Shown here one piece after another: positions 25,601-37,194 of a stretch of 64,000 nt of DNA. The DNA comes from Macrostomum lignano (Eukaryota), in assembly GCA_002269645.1 (NCBI GenBank), contig NIVC01002234.1, positions 1 to 64,000 on the forward strand. Direction: 5' to 3'. How positions within the stretch are numbered: the stretch's first letter is position 1; each line of letters opens with the position of its first letter. The translations under genes and the position numbers were made by a program. Under the pieces are notes generated by a model. The model was not told the DNA's origin. It did not search any database and saw nothing but the letters and a program-made list of their open reading frames with translations.

Positions 25601-25767
25601 TTGAGAGTCTTTGAGCTATGGTCTTTGAAAGATTTTGTAAAGAATTTGGAGACGATTTGGAAGATAGGGTTAAAGACATGGAATTTCAGTTGATGGATAT
25701 TTCAGGGAATAGAATTCCGGTGATGGGAGTTCTTCCCCTTTCTCCTCCGAAGGAGGAGTTCCACTCG
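22644..25767 (+). mobile_element. Helitron-like stack unit 6 (3124 bp, near-identical to unit 2)
   Basis: Same length as unit 2; ORF-track entries recur at a constant 9119-bp offset with scattered substitutions. Confidence 0.78.
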
Positions 25768-27611
25768 TCCTAATACTAAAACCGACGCGATGTTTGTCTG
25801 TCTGTATGTCTGTCTGTCTGTATGTAGCAAGTGAACTCCTACAATTCTGCCAAGTCAACGTCGAAACTTATATGGGAAAACTGCAAATTTTCCGGAGCAG
25901 GCTTTAGGCTATTTTAATTTTTAATTTTCACATTTTAACATCCCTAAAAAAGCAGAAAACTGCTTTTTTAACCCCCAATAACCTTCTTTGGTCACTCTGC
26001 CTGGGGCTTCAGCCAGTTTGTAAAAATAGCCACCCCAACCTCCGCCCGCGGGCCGCTGTGTATTGAGGGGTGGTGGGTGCGCGTGTTCTGCGTTCAATGC
26101 AAATAAAACCCCCGCGTGTTGGGGGGTTAAGTTCAATTTAATGATTCCCCAGACTGGGGGGTTGGGCTTGGGCTGAGTGTACATAGCAGTTGTACAGTGT
26201 AAATAGATAGACTGTGTCGAGATTCATTTGGTTTTATTATTGGCAGCCCTGTGTATTAGTTTGGCAGTGAAATTCAATGAATAAACTTGCGAGCTTCTCT
26301 AGCAAGCAGTCGGGAAATCGGTAAATTTCAAACGCTAACTGTTCCTCGAGTTTTAAACTTTGAGAGGAGAGACTTATATTGCTGGAAAGATCTTGCAACG
26401 CTGAGTTTGGGGATATAAGTTGTTTGCTTTATATATGAAAAGAAAAAGCACAGCATTTGAAAAACTATTTTCATACTTTTAACTTTCTGCAAAGATTGTA
26501 CTTAGTTTTGCGAGACGTAATAGATAAAGTTGGGGGAGGGTTCAACTTCTCACTGCTGCTGTGTATTGGAGGGTTGATTTAGATTGCGCAACTGTTTATT
26601 TAACTTTAAATAAGACTGATACTGTCTGACTGAGAAATGGTTTGCGCAATTAATTGATTCAATTAATTCAACACGCAGCTCTGTGCAGCTCGAACCCTAA
26701 CCCTAACCAATGAATTCTGAAAGTTAAGTTCTTTTTGACAGAGAAAATTTCGATTGAGTCCAGTTTCACGGAGTATTCTGATGGTTTTCGGTTTCACGGA
26801 GAGGATTTATTTTTCGTGGAGAGAATTTAGATGTATTTCTGTTTTACGGAGACGATTTTGATGGATGTCAGTTTCACTCAGAGGATTTCCATGGAGCCCA
26901 GTTTCACGGAGAGGATTTCTGTTTCGCGGAGAGGATTTCTGTTTCACGGAGGGATTTTGATGGATTTGGTATCTTCAGTCAGTCAGTAAAGAGAGTAAAG
27001 AGAAGAGTGAAAAGAGAAGAGAGAAGAGATTATAGAAAAGAGAGTAGAGATGAGAGAGGACAGATTAGACATGACAGATGGGAGAGAAGAGGGGAGTAAG
27101 GCGGGAACGAAGAGGGAGAGAGAAGAAAAGAGGAGAGAGGAGATGAGAGGGAATATATGAGATAGCAGAGGGAGACAGGAGAGATGAGAGGAGAGAGAAG
27201 AGAGGAGCTGAGAGTAGAGGAGAAAGAAATAGTGAGATGAGGCATGAGGGATGAGAGATGAGAGAGGAGAGAAGAGAGGAGAGAGGAGAGAGGAGAAAAC
27301 AGGGGATAAAGGAGACAGAAGAGAAAGACGAAAGACGAGGGAGAAGAGATAAATAAGGTGGTAGAGATGAGAGACGTGAGAGGAGAGAAAAGAGAAGAGA
27401 GGAGACAGAAGAATCTGAGTCTGGACAATGGCAGTCAGTTTTTGCGAACAGGGAAAACAAGATATGGTATTTGAAAGGCTTTACAGAGGATTTGGAGATG
27501 ATTTGGAAGATGGGATTCAAGTCATGGAATTTCAGCTGATGGATTTCAGGGAATGGAATTCCGGTGATGGGAGTTCTTCCCCTTTCTCCTCCAGAGGAGG
27601 AGTTGGCCTCG
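25768..27611 (+). mobile_element. Helitron-like stack unit 7 (1844 bp)
   Basis: TCCTAATACTAAAACC start, diverged body, hairpin then TTGGCCTCG|T flank. Confidence 0.75.
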
Positions 27612-27990
27612 TAATTAATAAACGTTATGACCACAGTTTTGTCTGTGATTAATAATAAACCAATTCTGGTTACTGAACTGGTATTTTTCTCGACCGAGGT
27701 TGTCTATGGTAAAACCTCACTAACTTTATGCGAAAGAGAAACTTCGCGATACCCGCTTAGAGAACACATTTCTGCTCAAATATACGCAACTATAGGCTAG
27801 TGGAGTGTCTTTAATAATATTTTTAAAGGCCACCTTCAATAAATTCGTGAATCAGCCTCCAAAAGCGCACAATCGCTCCGAAATACGAAATACGGCTTCC
27901 AGTGAAAATTTCAAGGTTTGCGAGCGTAAAAGTTCTTTTTTGGCTCGTGTTAGACTTCTAAAGAACGCATGAATAAAGCTTCTCACTCAC

Positions 27991-30267
27991 CCGCAGACAG
28001 GAATGAACATCGGTCGCCAGGCAGGCAGACAAACCATAGTAGCTGGGCAGGTGGCAGAAGCCGGGCACACTGCTGCCAGGTCATTGGCGCAGCCGGAAAC
28101 AATACTGGAACTGGCACTCATGGTCGCCATGGCAGCGGAATTCGTTCCTAGGCCAGCTTGGACCGGCAGCCACGCTTCGTCAATTCGAACTGTGCTGACG
28201 CAGGTGTCAACGAGGTCAGTGGACGGCGGAGAAATTGAAAGGCCGGTAGAGTTTGAGGTTAGCTGGGCACCAACGCTGGCCAGGTCGCCAAAAACGATGT
28301 AGTTATAATTTGAAGTGAGATTTCCCAGCCGGTAAGCATAGTTGTAGTCCTCGCCGTTGTCTAGGCTCAGTTCAACATCGCGCAGAGTTCGTCTGACCTG
28401 AACCCAGTGCCAGGCTCCATCGCTGACGTTTGCATTCGGCAATACAACCTCTCGATAAACGTAGTCGCCCATGTTTTGCACGTAGACTAACTGTGAACGA
28501 CGAAGCAGAAGCTCCATGAGCTCCGGACGATACGGATCAGAGCTGGTTACGCGCAGAAGTGTGCCGTCGGTCGAACGAGTGCGGAACTGCACATCTAGTT
28601 TCACTCCTTGCTTAGTATAGGCTGCAGTGAGAGCTGATTTTACTTTCAAAAGCATGTAGCTATTGGTCTTTAACTCGGATACTTCAAGCGGCACACTGCA
28701 TCGACCGCTAGCATCTTTTCTATAACCACTGTAGCAGACACAGCTTCCACTTCCCACTGCTCCGCCTAAAGCGCCCCAGCACCAGCCGTTCTGACACAGC
28801 CTAGTTCCATCCGAGGAATTGCAGGACGCCGTCAGAGGCACATAGTCATTAGTCGCGCCGCTGTACCAGGCTCGTGGTCCAGTGTACAAGTCATAGTAGG
28901 CAGAATTAAACATTAACTTGGCAACAGCTCCAATGAATCCCGTAGTAGACAGGCTGGCAGGGTACTGATTAGCCGAAGCAATGCTGTTTCTGCCGCCAAG
29001 ATACAATGGGAAGCTGGCGACATTTAGCTTCTTGCTTACTCCGGCCACCGTCCAATAGGCGAGACAGTTGCTGAGATTCGGCGCAGTAGGATCGCCATCG
29101 AGACTAGTTGGAGCACCCTGACAGCCGTCAACTTTAAGTACAACTTGCCTATCACGGAGGAAAAGGTCGATACGATGCCATTTGCTGTCGTTCAGGGCCG
29201 GGGCTGAGGTCACATTGTGGAGTCCGCCAGTGGATACTCCCGAACCAAGTTCGATCGTAACCTGCGGCTTGCCATTGACTAATTCAATTGCTAGAAAGTC
29301 TTTCATAGTTATAGAAGAAGCCAGCGAGTTTGAGACGCCGGAAATTCCCGTGTACAGCAGCAGCACTCTAGCAGCTACTTGATTGGTGATAAAATAAAAT
29401 CTCAGGTGAAAATTCATGCAGCCACCCGGAAGCGGCGTCAGCGCCAGAAAACTGTCCGCAGTGGAAAATCCAACTTGAAGTCTCTCACAGCGTGGACCCT
29501 CGTAACCAGCTGGGCACTGGCAGGTGAAAGTGTTGCTTCCAGCTACATTGGTGCAGTTGCCATCGTGAAAGCAGCTTCCGAGACCGCAGCGACTGGGTGC
29601 CACCCGCGCTGCTGCTTGGCATCCGCACTGCGCGACTGTGGTGATAGTGATTCCAATAAGAGCCGTGCTGTTGTGAAGCACCGATGTCGTATTACTGCCC
29701 TCAATATTCAGCACGTTTTTGCAGCCGCTCGAGCACATTGCCGGACCATCGGTTTCGCTTCGACATCCATCGTACGGGGTCATGCGCATAGTGGCATTAT
29801 ATCTGGCGAGCATTTTGGTGAACGTTTCCGAATTCACGCTGACTAGACCCGCCAGACGAGATGCGAGGTAGAATGGTGAGCCAGACGCTGTAAAGCGCAC
29901 GATGATGCTCCTACTACCCGGAATATCGGCCACGTAAAATATGTGCGTCTTGTCAAATCTTGTGCCCAGCAAGTTCGCCAGGGTTATCTTGAAATTGTCG
30001 TAGGCAGAGGAAATATAATCCGGGAAGTTGTCCTTGCCAAGCGTTTGAGATGATGGAACTCTCTCACGACGAACAAAGGCATCGGAGTCCATATTGTCGA
30101 TAACCATGCTGCCAGAGTTTGCGAGAGCATCGTTTGGTAGTACGTTAACTGTGACATCAAACCTGCACCAGGCAGTAACTCCTTGCGCGTCTTTCACCTC
30201 AACATTAATTGTGTAGTTATTGGCTGGAGTTCCACCTTTCAGAGTGACGCCGCCCAAGGAGTCCATT
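27991..30267 (-). CDS. CadN: Cadherin exon 14 (last EC, non-chordate domain, EGF, 2x LamG)
   Basis: Acceptor TCTTTAG, donor GTGAGT; SGSPFY, CQCPAGYEGPRC, LNDSKWHRI, VSDGAWHWV. Confidence 0.95.
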
Positions 30268-30348
30268 CTAAAGAGTTAAAGCGAGTTGAGTGCTGATAAA
30301 GAATGCTCTAGAGTAATATTGCCGCACCCAATAGAACTCTATACTTAC

Positions 30349-30457
30349 TCAAAATACTGCTGTGACGACATTGTATAAGTCTTTAATGATCTGTCCCAGT
30401 CGTCCCTATCGAATACAACAGCGTAGCCAAGCTCAATTCTAGTTGAAGCGTTGAACC
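30349..30457 (-). CDS. CadN: Cadherin exon 13
   Basis: Acceptor ATTTCAG, donor GTAAGT; FNASTRIELGYAVVFDRDDWD. Confidence 0.87.
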
Positions 30458-30550
30458 CTGAAATGTTCATCGCGGCATGAAATGTATTAAAATGATGTAC
30501 TTTTACAAAAAACACAATCAGATAGCCTTCTACATTTATGTTTAACTCAC

Positions 30551-32183
30551 AATAGTCGTAGTTTCCCTCATAAATATAAACGTAAACTTGTTTATATCCA
30601 TTAGAAAATGTTGGATTGTCGTCTACGTCTCCAATGGTGACGGTCACAGTGCCAGTTCCCGTTAGGCCTCCCCTGTCTCGGATAAGAACGCGCAGAAGAA
30701 ACTCTTTACCGTCAGTCTCTCTGTCAAACGACTTCAATGAACGAATGTTAAACGTTTGGCCAGAACTGTCCAGGACGAAATTCCCTGTCCAGTTATTGCC
30801 GGCGCTGCCATCCTGGCTAAAGGTGAACGGTGCGCCATTTGGTGGTGTATCCTTGTCTTCAGCCCTCAATCCCGTTGGCTGAGCAACAGTTCCCACTATG
30901 CTGTTCTCCATGATCGTTACCCCTGTCGGTGGTAGCAGATACGGCGGCGAATTATTTATATCGGTAATGGTCACAGTGAGGGTGGCGGATCCAGTCATGC
31001 CACGACCATCGGTAACCATGATAATATAGTTATGCACTGCGTCTCCAGATGCCGGTGGGTTCCATACCTCCCTGTTCAGAGCCGTCTGTATGTTGATAGT
31101 TCCACCGGTTGACGACGTTGCTAGCTGAAGATTGCTGAATGGATCAGACTCGGGCAGCACCCAGAAGGTAAATGACGTGTCTACGGCATCCGCATCAGTG
31201 GCACTAAACGCGACACCAGTAGGACCGACGCTTGTGGGGCCTTCTTGCCGAGTAATAGTCGCGGCCGGATTGAAGGTGATTACAGGCGCGTTGTCATTCG
31301 AATCAACCACGTTAATAATGAGTGTGCAGGATGCTGTGTAAGGCGGTGGCGTGCTATCCGTCACGCGGATGCGAACTACAAAGCTCTTCGGCATGGTCAC
31401 GTTTTCGTAGTCCAATTGTTTGTTTAAAATAACAGCGCCTCCATTGATGTCGGGTACGTTCTTCACAGTAAAGTAGTCGAGATAGTCTAGGTTTTGGTAA
31501 GTTAGCTGGCCGTCATCAATTTTATCGGCGTCAGTTGCCGCAGCTGTAAAGATATTTTCACCGACGGAAGTTACTTCTGGTACGTTAACGGTGTAAACTG
31601 CCTGATCGAATACCGGAGGATTGTCGTTAACGTCTACTATTGAAACTGACGCCGTGCCAGTAACTGGGCTGCCAACTCCGTCCGTTACGGTCACAACGAA
31701 GCTGAATATTCCCAATGGAGCTTTAGGCGGCAGCCGCTCGCTGTCAGGAATGCCCAGGTTTGCCGTAGTAATCACCTGGCCATTTGAATTTACACTTACA
31801 TATTCAGAGCCGTCGGTGGGATTAGAAACCAGAGCAAAATTTATCGTCCCGCTAGTGTCTGGATCGTTTGTTCGCAGCTGCATGAATGGCACACCAACTG
31901 CGGTGCCTTCTGGTAGCATTCCAAATAAACTAGTGAAGTTCCAAGTTGGCCTGTTGTCATTAGCATCGATAGGCCACACTTCTACAACAGAGTAGGCTTG
32001 CTGCAGTCCATTTGAAGCGATAGAGTTGAACCGGTACACTGGCGACTCTTCTCTGTCTAAGGGGCGCGTTGTTGACAGGGCTCCGGTTGTCGGGTTCACA
32101 GAGAAGTACTGGGTCGGAGATGTTGTCCATCTGCCAGTCAGAGAGTAGCTCACTGGTAGCGTGCCTCGGTTTCGCGCAGTTAG
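30551..32183 (-). CDS. CadN: Cadherin exon 12 (several EC repeats)
   Basis: Acceptor ATTGCAG, donor GTGAGT at 30550; PLDRE, DANDNRP, DVNDNPPVF, LDYE, DSNDNAP, FDRE, DVDDNP. Confidence 0.94.
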
Positions 32184-32267
32184 CTGCAATGATTTGTTAA
32201 TTTTCTAACAGTACGATCGAAACTTGTACTTAGATGCCTGAAAGCTCAAAACAATCATTCTTCTCAC

Positions 32268-32432
32268 CATCCAAATAGTCTGAGCTGGTGAATTCTCCGT
32301 CACATTTGTGATGTTGACAAAGGAGGACGGTATAAATGAGGGAGCCATATTGTATACACTGATTACTGTGATGTTGACTTGAGCTGTTGCCGTATTGACT
32401 CCATCGCTAACCGTGTAGGTCAGTGAGAAGCT
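32268..32432 (-). CDS. CadN: Cadherin exon 11 (not in the ORF track)
   Basis: Acceptor TTCCCAG, donor GTGAGA; SFSLTYTVSDGVNTATAQVNITVISVYNMAPSF...IWM; phases 0/0. Confidence 0.9.
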
Positions 32433-32535
32433 CTGGGAAAGGAATAAGCAGATGATTTTAAGATGATGCTTTTATTTTACTTGAAACAATCTATTCAAGA
32501 AGGCGATGTTCTTGCCAGTCAGTCAAAAAACTCAC

Positions 32536-32792
32536 GGGTGTATCAAAGTAAGACAACGGCTTGGCAACTACAATATCGCCCGTGTCAACTAATGTGATAA
32601 ACCTGTAGGTCGGATCGCCGGATGAGATTTTGTAACGTAACAGGTCATTTGCGTCGAGATCGCTGCCGTTCACTCTGCCAACAATTGTCCCGATGGCGGC
32701 GTCCTCGCGAATAGAAAATGAGTAGCCGCTTCTGGGAAAGAACGGCGCATTGTCGTTGACATCGCTAACTGATATGGCCAGCGCCAACGTTT
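32536..32792 (-). CDS. CadN: Cadherin exon 10
   Basis: Acceptor TTTACAG, donor GTGAGT; VSDVNDNAPFF, GSDLD. Confidence 0.93.
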
Positions 32793-32959
32793 CTGTAAAA
32801 GATTAAGTTCAAACAATTTAAAGTTTGTTTAATTGTTTTGGGTTGAACTGTTCTGTCTAGTTCGATTTCAGTTTACTGACAATCTTAGTTTAAAAATAGA
32901 GTCAGTCAAATTGGTACACTTCAATGGCTCAATCAACTACGACCTAAATAACTACTCAC

Positions 32960-33155
32960 TAGTATTCGGACCAATGACTCCTTCTAGCGACGATGGAGCA
33001 GAATCAGATGCAACGACCTGAAGTCGGAAATTTGTTTGCGTGCCCTCGGCATTGAAAGTAGACGGCAGTGTGTTCGTTGTGATAGCTCCGGTATTTGGAT
33101 TGATTGAAAAGTATGCGCTGTCATTTGAGGCTGCTGGGTCTAGCGAATACACAAC
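32960..33155 (-). CDS. CadN: Cadherin exon 9
   Basis: Acceptor ACTTCAG, donor GTGAGT; YFSINPNTGAI, QVVASD. Confidence 0.92.
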
Positions 33156-33253
33156 CTGAAGTATTTGGTTTGAGTAAATTAAACACGTAGTGCTAAACTA
33201 GTATATTTTCGGGTTGCTAAGCTAGAACTATGAGTTATAGAGCGGCTACGTAC

Positions 33254-33741
33254 ACGCTTGAAATTAGCAGTAAAATCCAAGTCGACGGCAAACGCCTGGG
33301 TTACAAAGCTGTTCCTCGCTGCGTTCTCAAGCACGAAAACTCTGCCAATGTAGCTGCGCGTGATGAAGTTCGGCCACCAATTGTTCACGTCTTCGATCAG
33401 CACTCGCTTGTAGATGTCGGTGTAAATCTCGCCAATAGTCGGGTCGCGATCTTTGTAGCTTGTTCGCACTCTGACGTAAAAGACGTTGTAGTTTTCAAAT
33501 GCGAAACTGCGAGACACGGCCACGCTGCACGTGTTTGAGGTGCAGGACGTGCTAGAGGCGCTGCGCATGCCAAAATGGCGGCCAAACGGCGCATTCGTTG
33601 GAACGTAGTTGGCCCTTCCCGGCTCGTACCATTCGTAGGTTCGAGTAGCACCGTCTTGCGACGACGCCGTCATGTTAAATAGGATGGCGTTTAACGTAAA
33701 GTTCTCCTTCACGGTTATTGTTGATTCGGGCGGTGATGTTG
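33254..33741 (-). CDS. CadN: Cadherin exon 8
   Basis: Acceptor TTTTCAG, donor GTACGT; IEDVNNWWPNF, AVDLD. Confidence 0.9.
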
Positions 33742-33909
33742 CTGAAAAAATATGTAATCTTGTTTGTTAGTATCGATATCTACCGAATTGAACCACATCT
33801 GGTAAAGGTTATTAATATTGCACTAGAGAATATATCTCTTCTGCATTGAGCATTAACTTGGATAAAGTCACAGACTATTTATAATAGGCCAATTAATTTT
33901 AGCACTTAC

Positions 33910-34537
33910 TGACAACTGGAGGCAATAGCGCTCGCTGGGTTGTAACATAGATACGGTACTCTTTTCTATTCCACGTCTTTGTTGTGCCAGTCAAAGGAAC
34001 TGGATTCCTGGCTTCGATTGTGAGAGTAAATATGGTTTTGTCTGAGAATCCGGATAGGATGCTGCTGGTTCGAATAGTGCCCAAGTTGTTGTTCGAAGAG
34101 ATTGTAAAGGTCGCTCCTGGCGTCGAGCTGACGATGAAGTACTGCACTGTAGACATCTGTGTGTTCGGCACGTCCGGGTCGTAGGCAGAGATCTCGCCAA
34201 CGAATGAGCCGCTCGGAAGGGACGAGTCAATGACACGGGTAAAAAATTCATCCTGATCAAACACCGGCGGCTCATCGTTGATGTCAATAAAGTTCACCTG
34301 GAAGGTGCAATAAGAAGACAACCCGTTGAAGATGTTTGTCGCCCTGACCGTGAGCCAGAAGTAGTTTTTCAAGGTGACCATCGGAATCTGCTCAATGTCG
34401 ATCACGGAGTTTGAAGAGATGGTACCCGTTGTGGCGTTCACTTTGAAATAGTCTTCCGGGGCCGAGATGAGCGTGTTGTACACGATTGCATATTGAATGC
34501 CGCCCCTTGTGCTCCCGTCTTGGTTGACAGCATTGAC
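33910..34537 (-). CDS. CadN: Cadherin exon 7
   Basis: Acceptor CATCCAG, donor GTAAGT; FIDINDEPPVF, AYDPD. Confidence 0.93.
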
Positions 34538-34639
34538 CTGGATGTATTTTAGACGGTAGGTAAAAGTGAAGAGACTGCAAAAAATTGGTATTCAATGTTA
34601 TTTAAAATCTTTCGGTCAGTAAAGTTTTGCTGCACCTAC

Positions 34640-34950
34640 CTGAACTAACGGAGTATCAACAGGCGATTGCTCAGTAAATTCCGGATTGGTAGTCGGGCAG
34701 TTAGTAAAAACTGGAGCAACGTTGTTGGAATCGACCACAGTCAAAGTGAGATAGCCGATTTCGCTTCTTAGCGGAGTTGTGGCGCCTGGCGGGCAGCCGT
34801 CGCAGCTGCCGTCATCGATTGCGCGGATTGGAATTTCGTACCGGGCGTCGGTTGCACTGGACAGAGTAGCCGAGCCAACTGTCACTATGCCGGTCTTCTC
34901 ATCTATCACCAGTTGGGGATTGCCAGCTGATGGGTACTGAGCGCTAGCGG
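34640..34950 (-). CDS. CadN: Cadherin exon 6
   Basis: Acceptor ATTTTAG, donor GTAGGT; IDEKTGIV, VVDSNNVAPVF. Confidence 0.9.
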
Positions 34951-35224
34951 CTAAAATGTAGGTGGTTGACTGAGTTGTGTACAGTGCCGAAGCTTGGTAG
35001 CTTAGAAAAACTTCATTTTAAATAGCGTCAAAATTCTTTGAGTAAAACGTTTTATTAGTTCAAAACTAATTGGGGCTCCATTTTTAAATAATCCTGAAAG
35101 TGCCGCTCCCATATTTTTCGTTGATGACTTTAAAGCATGGGCACTAAGTTTACATGTGAAAATCTGAGCACTGAATGTTGACCTTCATTTGGAGTAAATC
35201 GAATGTCAAGTCACAGAGGCAAAT

Positions 35225-35306
35225 TTATCGCAGAGCATGGAATGAAATCGAACCCAGGTTAATTTTGAGCGAAAGTCTGACACCTTACCAATGAGCTACT
35301 TTGCCC
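35225..35306 (-). mobile_element. Degenerate tRNA-like or SINE head in cadherin intron 5
   Basis: Minus strand GGGGCAAAGTAGCTCATTGGTAAGG (A box) ... GGGTTCGATTT (B box); no intact acceptor stem seen. Confidence 0.5.
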
Positions 35307-35482
35307 CCCCCCCAAGTACATTTGCATTTTAGACTGACGTAAGTTTCGAAGTTCAACGAAGGATTCCTTCATTTCGATGAGATTTAAAATTGAGCTGTTT
35401 AGAACATTAGAAGTCAATGTACTCGTAAGCATACTTTTTACTTTCTAAATTACAAATTTGCAGGTCAGGCAAAGAGCCGCAC

Positions 35483-35745
35483 CTCCAGTCCAGAAGTAGT
35501 AGTTAACACCGGAGCCGTCAATATCCTGCGCCTGCAGCTGAATTATGATAACGCCAGCAGTTGATTTGCGCTGAACTGAAGCGGTAAAGTTGCGCATCTG
35601 CGGCGCATTATCGTTGGAATTCTGCAGCGGTATGAATACGGTGGCGCTCGGCTGCGCTGATACTCCGGTTGAAACGCCGTCGGAGACCGAGATGACGAAT
35701 TGGGCGGTGTGGGTCACTACTGGCAGAATATCGTAGTCTAATGGG
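35483..35745 (-). CDS. CadN: Cadherin exon 5
   Basis: Acceptor TTGACAG, donor GTGCGG; PLDYD, NSNDNAPQM, AQDID. Confidence 0.9.
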
Positions 35746-35835
35746 CTGTCAAAGACCAAAAAGAGTTTTGTTTTTTAGCTTGCACCGTACGAGACGAAAA
35801 ACCCACATTTAAACTCGGATATTTGAATAACTCAC

Positions 35836-36306
35836 CTTTGCACGTAGATTATTGCCTCCCTAGTAACTGGGTCGGTGCTGACGTTAAACCAGGCACTGTT
35901 GGTTCCCGTAAGCGTATAAGTCAGCAGCGCGTTCGGCGCCGAGTCCAAGTCAAAGCCGGGCACTCGGTACACCTCGGAGTTGACTGCCAGACTCTCTGGT
36001 GTCGTTGTAGGCTTCACGTAGTAAGGCAACTGGAAATAAGGCCTGTTGTCGTTGATGTCTAGCAAGCGAATGACCACCTCTACTTCCGAAGATCTCGGCG
36101 AAGGGTCTGTGGCGTTTTCGGTGCACACGGCGGTGAAGTACCAGACTTTCTGAGCGAATGGCAGGTCGTAGTCTAGTCGAGTCAAAGACGACACGACCCC
36201 GTTGGTGCTCATTGAGAAGACACCGTTGAAGTCGGGGCCCATCTTCGAGGAGAGAGTAACCGTCGACCAGATGTTGTTGATCGACATGCACAGTACCTGT
36301 CCAATG
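35836..36306 (-). CDS. CadN: Cadherin exon 4
   Basis: Acceptor AATGCAG, donor GTGAGT; LDYD, LLDINDNRPYF, DLD motifs. Confidence 0.93.
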
Positions 36307-36824
36307 CTGCATTAAAATGGTACGCTTTTTAACTTTCCTGCTTAGAAAAACTATCCGTCTACTATGAGTAGGCTGGAAGCATTTTGTGCATATCGGCTAT
36401 TTAAAGAGATTATTCACCCAGTCCGCCCTGTTTCTAAATTTGGACTGTCACTTAAAATAACACATTTTTTAACTTTAGCTTACAATAGAAGCACACGAAT
36501 TTCGAGAATGGGACTGTATACGCACAGTTTTAATGCTTTTTATGTGCCTAGAAATCTCTTAGGACGGTGAGAATCTTATTAATTATAAATGATAATTTAC
36601 CAGTTTTTGTTTAGCTAACAGTTAATCCTACTCTTACTCATCTGTAAACTAGTTTATCTGAATTCATGACGAAGCATGTGCTACTTCCATTTTACTGCGG
36701 TAGTCGTTGGTTGGAAAATGGTCTAAGGAATTTTACTCATTATTCACACATTGCGTGCCCGTAAAACCCGAAATGAGAAAATATCTACTAATTTAAAATA
36801 AGTCGACTGTGCACTTCTGCTCAC

Positions 36825-37129
36825 CTGACCCCAGCCGACTCTTCATACAGGTAGAAGGTGTAGCTGTCTTGAGAGAACTGCGGATTCTGGTAGGTGGTGT
36901 ACACCCGCACGAAGGCGTAGCCGTACTTGGTTAGCGGCGTGGCGCTATCATTGTTAACCGCTCGCACGCCCAGTTCGTAGTGCTTGGGCGCTGGTGGATA
37001 GCCGTCGTTCAGCTTGGTGACAACGTAGCCCAGATCTGGAACAACGCGGAACCGGCCCTCCGATCTGTTGGTCATGCCCGGTATAAACTCGTAGGACAAA
37101 GCCGAAGTCATGTTGGTTGGCACTGACGT
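36825..37129 (-). CDS. CadN: Cadherin exon 3
   Basis: Acceptor TTCACAG, donor GTGAGC; TSVPTNMTSALSYEF...QNPQFSQDSYTFYLYEE. Confidence 0.88.
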
Positions 37130-37194
37130 CTGTGAACGGTCCGTTGGTTGGCTTCAAGTTATATACGATACATCTCAAACCCTTATAAAAATAA

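Noticed and set aside
13525-25767. 9119-bp segmental duplication
   Set aside because: Identity is limited to units 2 and 6; neighbouring units do not match.
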